This document shows positions 14,181 to 28,422 of a DNA stretch of 64,000 nucleotides, in pieces. Positions within the stretch are counted from its first letter, which is position 1. Every line of letters starts with the position of its first letter. This stretch comes from Prorocentrum cordatum. Taxonomy: Eukaryota. The notes beneath the pieces are model-generated. The model was not told where the DNA came from, searched no databases, and saw nothing but the letters and a program-made list of their open reading frames with translations. The position numbers and the translations under genes are program-made. The stretch spans positions 868,001-932,000 of the forward strand of contig CAUYUJ010000114.1 in NCBI GenBank assembly GCA_963575745.1, written 5' to 3'.

Positions 14181-16202
14181 AAGTGATAACCAAAAACGTC
14201 AAGCTTACGATGCAGCTGCACAGGTGGAGGACGGGTCCTTCAAAATGGGGTTTACGTGGGAGACCCCCTCTTCTCCTCGCGACCAGGAGTGGGCACGTGC
14301 GCAAAAAAAGGCTGCACAAATGGAGGTGGCCATGGTTAAACGCGGTGATATCGTTGGACATCCCGTTGTCGAGCATGATCATGCTTCAATTTTTTTGCGA
14401 AATCCGCATGCCTCTCTATATGCAGGGCCGTTCCTTTACAAAACGGAGCTCTCGCCTGAGTGACAAACCCGTGGGCTGTTGGTCTCGCAAAGGGCTTCTT
14501 GGAGCGGAGGAAAGACAGGCTTGTAGGGATTTATGAGGAGGGGGCTTGCGACGGGAGGGTGCGTTGCAACATCGCCGGTACATATTGAGGTTATTCATGT
14601 TCTCATCCTCCGCCTCCTCCTGACTCCTGGCTCCTCCTGCTCCAATTCCGTTGCCGCTTCGGCTTAAACTACGTGGGCTCAAGGCGCTCAGCCTCGCACA
14701 GGGGTGCGCCAAAGCACGTGCCGTTCCTGATCGTTCCACGTTGCTGCGGTTTTCCAGGCGTTCTCTCGCGCGCATGGGAAGATGTCGCCGCAACCAGCGT
14801 GAATCCTCGAGCAACCCGCGACGTGACCAACGGCAGAACGAACAGCTCACATGCGCATGAACTCCAGCGCCCCACTCCCGTAGCCGAAGCAGAAGCTCCG
14901 AGCCATGGTCCCAGGCTGCCATACTCAAGAAGATGGGCGGCATGATGGGGTCGGTCATCGGGGCCGTCAGCGAGCGCATTCTCTCCGAGATACACCAGGG
15001 CCACGGCAAGTTGTGGACAAGGATGGGCCACGATGAGGAGATGATCATCGGCTGGTCCAGCCGCGTAGATCAGAAAGCCGAGAGTGTTCAGTCCCAGCTT
15101 CGCTGCCCAGCAGAATCAGATCAGCGACTTTCAGGAGCAGAGTAAGAATGGGGAAGGGGAAGGGGCAGGTAGAGCTTGAATAAAACTATTGGTTACAAAC
15201 TTTGCTGGATCGCTGGAGAACCCGAAAAAAAAAGACTTCCAGGAGCAGAGTTGTCGTGGTTCATCCAGCGCTGGCTGCTTCTGCGGGCCATGCTCCCCTC
15301 GGCGTGGCCAGAGGCGTGGGCCCGCGTCGGGGCCCGGTTATTTTCTCCTCCTGGTCGACCTCCAGTCCGAAGCAGAAGTGCATAGGCACGTGGCCCAGAC
15401 TGATGCCTGGAAAAGTTCGTGGGCCACTGCACCCAGCAGTTCAAGAAGAGGCTTGTGGTTTTGCTGCCAGAGCCCGTCACCACGTTCCCAGGCATCTCCA
15501 GGAGTTGCGAGAGCACCTCCCCCACGCAGGCGGCTGCCACCCCGTTCGCGCGCGCCGCCACTGAGCAGCAGGTGAAGGGAAGACCCGAAGAAGAAGACCG
15601 CCGCGCCGCTTCGGCGCCGAGGCGATCTACCGCGACCTGTCCGCCTTCGCTAGCAGAACTCCGCCATGATGTGCCAGCCCGCGAAGGGTCTCCAAGCTCG
15701 CTCGCCCTAGTGGGGCCCCATGTCCAAGCTCGGCGTCAATAAATCCAAAGGCCAGATGACGTCGATGGACGACTCGGTGGCATGGCCGCTCGTTTCGCGC
15801 ACGCGCAGCGGCGCGGGGGTCGAAAGGTTCGCCCCGCAACGCGATGAGCTCACCTCGCGGGGCACCGAGCCTTCGCGGATCGGCGCGACCGTTGCCGAGG
15901 CCACCGCGCAGCTCAGCGCCATGCAGCATTGGGGCCTTCCCGAGCGAGACATTCGAAATCCTGAAAGCCTTCCTTACTCACCGCCTGCGATTGGGGCCTA
16001 GGCTAATCGTCTTGCCCTCATCGACCCCGCCGCCTCGCCCCAGCAGCCTAGCAGCTGCCCGGCGGCGCCCGGGCAGCCCAGCGGCCAGCTTCTTCTTCCG
16101 CCGCTCTCGGCATCGCCACGGGGGCCGCGCGACCTCGCTTCAAGCACCCTTGGGGCGATCACCGCGTCAGTCAGAACAAGCGCAGCGAATTGCGTCGCCC
16201 CC

Positions 16203-16281
16203 CGCGCGCGCGCACGCACGCGCGCGCGCGCACGCGCACGCACGCGCGCGCACACACGCGCACGCACACAGACACACGCAC

Positions 16282-16355
<74 letters not shown>

Positions 16356-16390
16356 CCCACGCGCGCACGCGCACACACACACACACACGC
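16203..16390. repeat. (CG)n/(CA)n microsatellite
   Basis: Direct reading. Confidence 0.97.
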
Positions 16391-17479
16391 TCAATCGTCT
16401 GCCCTCAGGAACCTCGCGGTGCCGAGGCAGAATACGACGGGTTCAGAAAGGATATCAGAGTTGTCGGCGGGGCGGGCCATGCTGCCGCAACTCTGGCCCT
16501 GGCGGCGCCCTGATCTTGCTCCAGGATCACATTGCCGAGAGAAATCCGGGCCATCTCTCGGGAATTGCCCGCAGCAGGATTGCGCCCTCGCACCGCATTC
16601 GCTGGCCGAGCGCGCCCGGCTCGCCCGCGCGCATGTCGCCCCGGCGAGACTGAGGCAGAGAACAGGCCCCCGCTCTTCCGCTCGCGCATTGCTTCGTTGC
16701 ATCATCCGCGGCTTCAACGTGCATTGTCGGCGATTCCCATTGCCGATGCCAGGGCGAAGCTGTGGGCCATATGATCTCTGGTCGCGAATCCAGCCCCCCC
16801 CGTCGCCTCGCTGAACATCGTCGACGCAGCCTTCCCCAGCGACTCTGAGATGCCCGCCGCGGCGGCGACCCTGGCGATTCACGCCGCGCCAGACTCGACA
16901 GAGTTGACTGCTGTGCTTCCTGAGTTTCAGCGCGCGACGCCCGCGAGCCGGTGGGGGGGGTGCGGATCGCCCCGGGTCGTCCGACCGCGCCCCAGTCTTC
17001 CTCTCGCCCCCGGCAGAGGCGGACGCGCAGTCCGAGGACGTGCCCGGCGCGAGGCGCGTCGTCAAGCGCGCAGGTTTTGCCGCGGCTGCGCGCGACCTGC
17101 GCGGCGACGGCGACGTCGGCCCCGGCCCCTTCGAGCGTCTGCTGGACACCAAGGTCGCGCGTGATTGCGCCTCCTGCCAGGTCGAACCCGAAATCGTGAA
17201 ACTCGGGCCCGGCGGCGACGGGGCGAGGATGGCTCTGCGTGTTCGCCCCCCGCGCGCAGCCCGCGCAGATCTCCGGCACCGTCGCCGAAAACTCCCGCTC
17301 GCGCAACCTGTGCCCGATTTTTTTTTTGTCGATGCTGATCTTCTGCGCTGAACTGGCTGGACCGTGCCCCGCCGGTCCCCCTCCTCCTCCTCCTCCTCCT
17401 CCTCCTCCTCCTCCTCCTCCTCCTCCTCCTCCTCCTCCTCCTCCTCCCTCCTGCCGTCCCCCCCACCTTTGGCACACCC

Positions 17480-18125
17480 CTCAGCACACGCATCTCGTGG
17501 CCCCGGCGGCACCGTCCACGTGCGTCCGCCACACCCATGTCGGCACACTTCGTCACACGTTTCGTGGCCCCATATAGAAAGCTCCACCGAAGGCCCAAGA
17601 GGCACCGTCCACATGCGTCCGCCACACCTATTTCGGCACACCCCTCGCACGTTTCGTGGCCCCGTAGGGAGCTCCACCCAATGCGTCCGCCACACCCAAT
17701 TCGGCACGCCCCTCGCAAGGCTCAGTGGCACCGTCCACGTGCGTCCGCCAAACCCACTTCGGCACGCCCCTCACACGTTTCGTGGCTCCACCGAATGCCC
17801 CAGAGGCATCGTTCACATGCGCCCGCCACATCCATTTCGGCACACTTCTCACACGTTTCGTGGCCCCACAGAGAGCTCCGCCGAAAGCCCCAACGGCACC
17901 GTTCGCATGCGTCCGCCACACCCGGGCCGGCAAACCCCTCACGCGCTTCGTGACCCCATAGGGAGCTCCTGCGTCCGCCGCACCCATTTCGTCACGCCCC
18001 TCGCGCGCTCCGTGGCCCCATAGGGAAACTCCACCCAAGGCCCCAGAGGCACTGTCCACATGCGTCCGCCGCACCCACGTCGGTCTGCACACCCCTCGCA
18101 CGCCGCGTGGCCCCCTATCGGGGGA
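17480..18125. repeat. Degenerate tandem repeat (~100-125 bp; TGCGTCCGCCACACC ... CACGTTTCGTGGCCCC)
   Basis: Both motifs recur about six times in the same order. Confidence 0.85.
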
Positions 18126-18583
18126 GCGCAAGACCCGGGTTTGCCAGGACTCGGGTTCGCCATCGTTTTTTGACGACCGCGCCTCGGATTTTGACGAGGA
18201 GGAGTTTCGTGGGATGTTTGCAGCGGGAGGCCTCGTCAAAATGCAGGCTCGGCCTCGTCATTTTTTTGACGACCTCGTCGGGGATTTCCGAGTCCCTTGT
18301 ACCCAGGTCTTCTGTCCCCCTGACCCTAGGGAGCTCCACTGAAGATGACACCCGCGACCCGCGACTGCGGTGCTCACAGGTGCATCTGGCTGGATATCCT
18401 TCGCCAGGCGAATCTCTTCGCACAGCGCGGGGGAGTCCGGGGCAACCACTCTGGCGCGCGCCGCCGAGGACGGCCTGAGGCCCCGCCTGAAGGCCGCGAG
18501 CGTCGAGCCCGGGGAGCCCCAGGTGATCTGCGCCTGGGTGCCGCCCCGCCGCCGGCTCCGGGTCGCCAGCAGTGGACCCAGAC

Positions 18584-18796
18584 TCTGCACGAACGAGATG
18601 GGCACGGAAAGAATGAGTACAATGCCCAACAGCAGTTCTTGTTCATTTTGAACAGGACTCGCTGTCCACGCCGCCGCGGCCTGTGTCAATTTGAGACAGA
18701 AGGCCGCCTGCCCAACAGCGGCCGCTGTTGGTGTGGGACAACATTTGTTGTTGGGCATTGTACCCATTCTTTCCGTACCCATTTCGGGCGTCCAAA
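18584..18796. mobile_element. MITE family B (~213 bp, long TIR ...GAAATGGGTACNGAAAGAATGGGTACAATGCCCAACA)
   Basis: Inverted termini, a near-identical copy at 37928-38140, and flanks CAGAC / CATAC. Confidence 0.8.
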
Positions 18797-19179
18797 CATA
18801 CATCCGACGAGGGGCAGCGCTAGTAGCTCGGGGAGGATCGGCTCTTCCTTCTCCTCCTGTTCCTCCTCCCCCGCGTACAGTCTTGCATCCTCTTCCTCCT
18901 CCGCCCTTACTCCACCCTGCTCCTCCTGTCCCCCTTTCCCCTATGGAGGTCTTCGTGGGGTCACCGTCTTTCCCTTCGTACCTCCGCCATCCTCCCTGGG
19001 CACGCTTGCGTAGCAGTTATGGCTTAGAGGTGCGAGTGTGCAGACACGCTCTCGTCCGTACGTTCCCGAAACACCCCTCGCATCCGTCATCTTAACTCTG
19101 ATGAGACACTCCCTTCTGTTAGTATGCGTATGATGATTGTCCTCCTCCTCCACCTCCTCCTCCCCCTCCTCCTCGTCAA

Positions 19180-22630
<3,451 letters not shown>

Positions 22631-24166
22631 TTCAGATATTTCTTCCCATCGCTGGCACGCGGCCCTCTCAGGGGCAGCGCTCATGGTGCAACGTTTGTTT
22701 TAGTTCCTTATGTCTTTCTTCGGTTACCGGCGTTTTCCAGCCTATGGGTGCGTTCCAGCGGGTGCATCTCGCCGAGAACGTTCCAGGGGTGCCCAGATCG
22801 TCCCGAACGGCCGCAGGAGAGCCGAGTTACGAGTTACGACCCAGACATTCAATCATGGGCAACGGTATCGTTAGGAACGAACCGACACCCGTATCTGAAT
22901 TCACGTGGGCTTCGAGAGCGTGCAGTCCGTGAGCATTCGTAACACGAGGCGGGCCTCGCAGATTGGCTGGGCGCGCACGTCTTTCGTAGGATCTTGAGTC
23001 ATAGGGAGATGGGCCCAGGGGGGGCGCATTGACTCCCGATCGCCACCTGATAGCGCGCCCCGCCAGGAACCTGCGGATTTGCTCTCGGTGGCCGATCGCC
23101 GATCAATCGGCGATGCATCGCGGATTAGAGGTTAAGAGTTGGCTGGGGTAGGAGCGTCACGCAGCAGCGCTTTGGGCGATGATCCATCTATCGAGATCCA
23201 GGCCTGCTTGTGGGCGTCGTCATCGTCGCTGATGTTCTCGGTTCGCGATTTTCCAAGACCTCCCAGTTGCAGAGAGCGGCATGTATATATATATATATAC
23301 ATAGATCTGGCGTTGGAGGTTGTCTGTTGTAGCCTGGAGTGTTCGCCACCACCGAAGAGATTGAGGCGGCCAGTTGCATGACTAAGGTTCAACGTGTTTC
23401 ACAAGCTTGGCAACCCGAGGAGGGGCGCGACTGTACAAACAATCCATACATGTATGATTTGGCTAGGTCCCCCTCCCACTGCTCTAGTTCTTAGTCGTCA
23501 TCCTGCAGTGAGATGCCTCTTCGATCTCGTCCTCCCTCCAACTCAATTGGCCCGATTCTCCCCACCCCGACGTCACCGATGTACATCGGCGATGTATCGG
23601 CGAGGCGAGGCGATCCTCTGACCACATCTACTCGGATCCCATTTGGAGCGTTCTCGGAAGAGCGTCGCCTTCAGAGGGTCTCGCCTTCTTCGGAAGCTAG
23701 CAGAACGCCAGCGGAAAACGGCGTGAGGGAGCCGGCGGCGGGTTCACCGGCAGAAGGCCAGCAGAACTAAAAGTGATGCGTGAACATGCTTGGGGTTCGG
23801 GATTTCTGGGGTCGGCCGTATACGATGGGGGCCAGTCCTGCGGATGCAAGGCCCTGGGCGTCCAAGCTGCAACGTCTGCTTGCCCAGCGAAGCAGGACGT
23901 GGCCGATGCCGGGAAAATGGCAAGGGCGCCAGGGTATCCTGGGCAAAGCACCTCGTCCTCGTTGGGGACTCCAGCTCGGCGCCTGCCTTGGCAAGTCACC
24001 TTCAGGCCCGTCTGGACAGAGGTCCACTCCGGCAGACGTCCGCCTGGGCAGCGGCTGCCTCGGCAGGCGAGCGCCTGCCCGGGCCGACGAGGTCAGCTCT
24101 CTCCGTGCTCAGGCTTCCGACGAGGTGACGTTGCCACGACGCGGGTCCGAAGGTCGCTTGCTAAGC

Positions 24167-24490
24167 TTAAGTCGGGCCTGTCCCTCTACAGGGGGAATAT
24201 TCAAAAATAGTCAAAAATAGTCAGGGGACTATTATTTTATGATTATTTGGGGGGATCTTTTGAGTATTTCTTGAGTATGTTTTTCTTTTCGTCCAAAATC
24301 CCCCTGTAGAGGGACAGGCCCGACCTAATGTTAAGTCGGGCCTGTCCCCCTACAGGCCGATTCTGGACGAACAATCAAAAATACCGAAAAGATGCCCCAA
24401 AAATGCTCAAACATGATCCAGAATTAGTCCCCAGACTATGTTTTGACTGCTTCTGAATATTCCCCCTGTAGGGGGACAGGCCCGACCTCG
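24167..24490. mobile_element. MITE family A, tandem dimer (24167-24328 + 24331-24490)
   Basis: Two TIR pairs separated by TG, with outer flanks TGCTAAGC / TGCTGAGC (7/8). Confidence 0.85.
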
Positions 24491-24620
24491 TGCTGAGCCT
24501 CGTGGCTCGTTTCCCATCGCGGGCCGACTCTGATTCTCCTCGGGCCCGAGACGGCGCGCGCGGCCGTCGAAGGGCCGGGCCGGCCCGGAGCACCGACGGC
24601 CGCCTCCGAGCAGTGGCCAA

Positions 24621-25293
24621 GCTAGACGGCATCCGGGCACGGCAGGTTCGAGTCGCGACGGCTTCGGGTGCAACTCTTGGGAGGTCAGATTCTGTTGTCG
24701 CCCTGGTCCGAAATCCGACTTAATCCCGCTTAATCCGGCCTAATCTTGCTTAGTCCTAGACGGCATCCAGGCACGGCAGGCTCGAGTCGCGACGGCTTCG
24801 GGTGCAACTCTTGGGAGGTCAGATTCTGTTGTCGCCCTGGTCCGAAATCCGACTTAATCCCGCTTAATCCGGCCTAATCTTGCTTAGTCCTAGACGGCAT
24901 CCAGGCACGGCAGGCTCGAGTCGTGACGGCTTCGCATGCAACTCCTGGGAGGTCAGATTCTGTTGTCGCCCTGGTCCGAAATCCGACTTAATCCCGCTTA
25001 ATCCGGCCTAATCTTGCTTAGTCCTAGACGGCATCCAGGCACGGCAGGCTCGAGTCGTGACGGCTTCGCATGCAACTCCTGGGAGGTCAGATTCTGTTGT
25101 CGCCCTGGTCCGAAATCCGACTTAATCCCGCTTAATCCGGCCTAATCTTGCTTAGTCCTAGACGGCATCCAGGCACGGCAGGCTCGAGTCGTGACGGCTT
25201 CGCATGCAACTCCTGGGAGGTCAGATTCTTGTTGTCGCCCTGGTCCGAGCTCCGGCTTCATCCCGCTGAATCCGGCCTGATCTTGCTTAGTCC
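24621..25293. repeat. Tandem repeat, 134-bp unit x5
   Basis: GACGGCATCC starts at 24625, 24759, 24893, 25027 and 25161. The units are near-identical. Confidence 0.95.
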
Positions 25294-25998
25294 GAAGCCC
25301 ACTCCTGCGTAACAGCTCCCAAATGGGGCTTAATCCTCTTGAATCTTTCCGACGAAAACCTCCCAGTAGTTGCCTCCTGGTTGGTCATTGGCAACACCCA
25401 CGCTCTGGCGATGATGTTTTTTGCTCGGCCAAGACTCTGCAACCTTGGCTGTACCCTTGCTTGCTCAGCGAGTTCGAGCAAAACACTAGTATACAGAGAT
25501 GCCTTGCCGACCGTCGACGCTTCGAGTCGTGGTTCGAGTGGCATCCGGATACGGCAGGTTCGAGTCGTGACGGCGTCGGCGCGTCAGCGCTGGCTTCAGA
25601 AGCCGCGTGGATCGAGCAGCCTTGAACGATCACGGCTGTCGGATAGAGCGAGCTCGATGCGGGCCAATTCAGGGCTACTGGCAGCATTAAACCTTGCGCA
25701 CGGGCATTGGGGTCGCAGCCGCATCGACACGACACGAATTTACAGGAAGTCTTCTCGAGCCGCTTTCAGCCACCGCCATGAGGAGGTGTCCCTGATTTGG
25801 ATGTTGCGTCAGTCTCAGCCTTGTTACTGTCTGCAGAACCGAGCCCGCCATCGAACACCTCGGGTGTCAGCGCCCGCGGTGCGCCAGAGACCACTTCTCT
25901 CCTACAGGTGTTTGAGATTCGGGAAATCCGGGAAGGCTGCCCGGCCCACCACCCGAGCACTTCTAACTTACAAGTGTCCGAGACTGAGTGTTACATTT

Positions 25999-26163
25999 TC
26001 GGGAGACTCTTCATGGGGGAGGATCCCATGGGGGGATAGGATTCCAGGGGGGGGGATCCCATATGATCCCCTGGGGATCCGATGGGGGGCAGGAGGGGAT
26101 CCCATGGGGGGGATCCCCTCCTGCCCCCCCCATGGGATCCCCCCCCTATGGAGAGTCTCCCGA
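25999..26163. mobile_element. MITE with TIR TCGGGAGACTCT and internal GGGATCCCATGGG repeats
   Basis: Perfect 12-bp TIR, with CATTT on both flanks. Confidence 0.75.
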
Positions 26164-27141
26164 CATTTGGAGGCAGTGCGGGGAGGCCGTCAACCCTCGG
26201 ACTACTTCGACGAGGTGCAGTGGATGGGACCCGCTCCCGGCCTCAGACAGTCTTTAAAACTTGTTAGGGAGCTGCAGACGAACCCCCTGAGTTGTTGTAT
26301 TATTTGGCTATTTCTGGAACCCTCCATACATTTTAGTATTTAGAGAACTCCCCATTGCAGCCATGCGTCCTTCCGAACTTTCCATTTTAGAATTTAGAGA
26401 ACTCCCCACGCGTCCTTCCGGATGCTCGGCTCAGCCCTGCCATGCCCATTGCAGCCGAACCCCTTGAAATGTTGTACTCGTTGGCCCTTTCCGGAACCCT
26501 GAGTTGTCGTACAGTCGGGGCCCTGAAGAAGGAGCCCTTTTCGTTGGGGAGGGGCTCCGCGCTCCTTAAGTGTGTCACAGCTTGCCTCGGGCTTTCCTTA
26601 TGTCTTCGACAGGAAATCCAAGGTTAACTTATGGAAAGAAGGGGCCTCGTTCCTTATGTAGGGTTCCTTAGGTCAACGCCCCGACTGTACTCTTTGGCCA
26701 TTTCTGGAACCCTCCATACATCTTAGTATTTAGAGACCTCCCCAGTGCAGCCGAACCCCCTGTGGTGTTGTACTCCTTGGCCCTTTCCGGAACCCTCCGC
26801 ACGAAACCGCCCGTCACAGGTGCGGTCAAAGGTTGAAGCGCGCAATGTAGTTGTTCTCCAGCGCTGCCTTGAGTAATGTGTCTGAAGCAAGATCCATCCG
26901 ATGTTCCTGGCCCTGCCTTGAACACCTACACCAACTCCGCCACCAACCCCGAAGCCGCCCGCGCAGGTGCGGGACCCCAGGAGAGGGAGGAGAAGGAGGA
27001 GGAGGTGGAGGAGGAGGAGAAGGTGGAGGAGGAGGAGGAGGAGGAGGAGGAGGAGGAGGAGGAGGAGATGCGGGACCCGCAGGAGGAGGGGGGAGGAGGA
27101 GCAGGAGGAGCAGGAGGAGGAGGAGGAGGAGGAGGAGGAGG

Positions 27142-27163
27142 TCCGTAGCCATTTTGGCTCAAG
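27142..27163 (+). other. Dinoflagellate spliced leader (DinoSL) exon sequence at the 5' end of a LINE
   Basis: TCCGTAGCCATTTTGGCTCAAG is a 22/22 match to the DinoSL consensus DCCGTAGCCATTTTGGCTCAAG. It is followed by GCTAAAC rather than a GT donor, so it looks like a retroposed leader and not an SL RNA gene. Confidence 0.95.
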
Positions 27164-27333
27164 GCTAAACGTTGTGAAGGACTATATACGTCCGAGAATC
27201 AGCGATTAGCTTTGGTCCCTGTCTCCGCAGGTGGCCCGAGCTGCCTTTCTGTGGCCACCAGGGGCCCCCGCGCTTTCCGCGCCCTGTTCTCAGTCTCTGC
27301 CTGTCGGGTGCGGCTACCAGGTAGCCGCGAGGC

Positions 27334-28422
27334 ATGGCTGCGAACGTTCTTCATGATGTAGCTGCGCGACTGGCGGCTGAGATCGACGCCATGGCAACCT
27401 TCCCGTCGCAGGTGTCTCAGGTGCCGTCCCCCGCTCGTGCTGGTGTTCCTGCTGGCGGTGGCGGTGGAGTCAAGCGTCCAAGTGAGCACGGTCATGGTGG
27501 TCGAGAGCCTCGTGACTTTGAGATCTGTGGGGAAGGTGAATCGGACCTCAAAGCGTATATCGACCAGATGCGCGACTCCCTCACGCAGGACTTGTCGCAG
27601 ATGCAGACATCTGTCAACGCCACTTTGGCTTCGACAGCGACCTTGGCCACTAATTCATGCACGGCACTATCGCCCCAAGTGGAGCGACGGTTGGCACCGC
27701 TGGAGGCGACGGTGCGCGACCACACATCCCAGATTGCTGAGGTTATGGCGGAGATCAAGCACTTGCGCACGGAGCTTGGCGTGGCCAAGAGTTCGACACC
27801 TGCCCCACCTCCGACTTTGGCGGGCTCGAACTTCGACCGTTCGCCTGACCCGACGATCATCGTGCTGCGCTGCCAATCTCTCGTATCTAAGGAAGGCATC
27901 AAGGAGATGGCAAAACATTGGCTGGCGCAAGGTGCGATCAATGACGACCAATGGGAGATCCTCGGCGACCCGTCCAGCAAGAGGTACCTCATCAAGTTCA
28001 AGGGGGCGGTCAACCATGCGAGCCGTCTGGTCAACCAATCTTTGGGCTTATTCAAGCCATCCCAGCCTGGCGGGTCGTGGAACAAGTTGTACTGCGTCAG
28101 TATCGAGAGAGTTCGAGTGGAAGTATATGCTGGCCCTGATAAGTCCCCCTGTCAAATCAAGCGTGAGGTCGCCTGCAAGAGAGCGAAGGCAGCCTTTAAC
28201 TTGTTTTGCCCTGATCGGAAGATCTTCATCAACCGCGAGAAGGGTGTTCTCTCGTACCAGTGGAAGGAGCTGCTGGAGATCACGCCGCGTACGGACGACG
28301 TCCCGAACCTGCGTTGGAAGCCGCGCAACCTCGCGGACCTCGGCTTCGACTTGGAGACGCTGCGCTCGAAGGTCACTGAGTCCCTGGCTGGGAATGAGGA
28401 TGACTCTGAGTGGTGCGTTTAG
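27334..28422 (+). CDS. LINE ORF1 protein (362 aa; coiled-coil-like N-terminal half, putative nucleic-acid-binding C-terminal half)
   Basis: Intact, non-repetitive ORF starting at ATG directly upstream of the APE endonuclease. It has a heptad-like stretch (VERRLAPLEATVRDHTSQIAEVMAEIKHLRTEL). The ORF1 call is positional. Confidence 0.75.
   Translation: MAANVLHDVAARLAAEIDAMATFPSQVSQVPSPARAGVPAGGGGGVKRPSEHGHGGREPRDFEICGEGESDLKAYIDQMRDSLTQDLSQMQTSVNATLASTATLATNSCTALSPQVERRLAPLEATVRDHTSQIAEVMAEIKHLRTELGVAKSSTPAPPPTLAGSNFDRSPDPTIIVLRCQSLVSKEGIKEMAKHWLAQGAINDDQWEILGDPSSKRYLIKFKGAVNHASRLVNQSLGLFKPSQPGGSWNKLYCVSIERVRVEVYAGPDKSPCQIKREVACKRAKAAFNLFCPDRKIFINREKGVLSYQWKELLEITPRTDDVPNLRWKPRNLADLGFDLETLRSKVTESLAGNEDDSEWCV

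Noticed and set aside
14500..17360. Coding-like fragments (e.g. 14933-15145, 17040-17351)
   Set aside because: They are short, lack diagnostic motifs, and are probably decayed TE sequence that cannot be assigned.
24621..25293. CRISPR-like regular array
   Set aside because: Whole 134-bp units are near-identical with no unique spacers, there are no cas genes, and the context is eukaryotic.
27142..27200. SL RNA gene
   Set aside because: There is no GT donor or recognisable SL intron after the 22-mer, and the sequence leads directly into the LINE UTR and ORF1.
27437..28393. N-terminal part of the 450-aa ORF as a real overlapping protein
   Set aside because: It is a shadow frame of ORF1 with a non-ATG start. 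Only the part from 28394 carries APE motifs.
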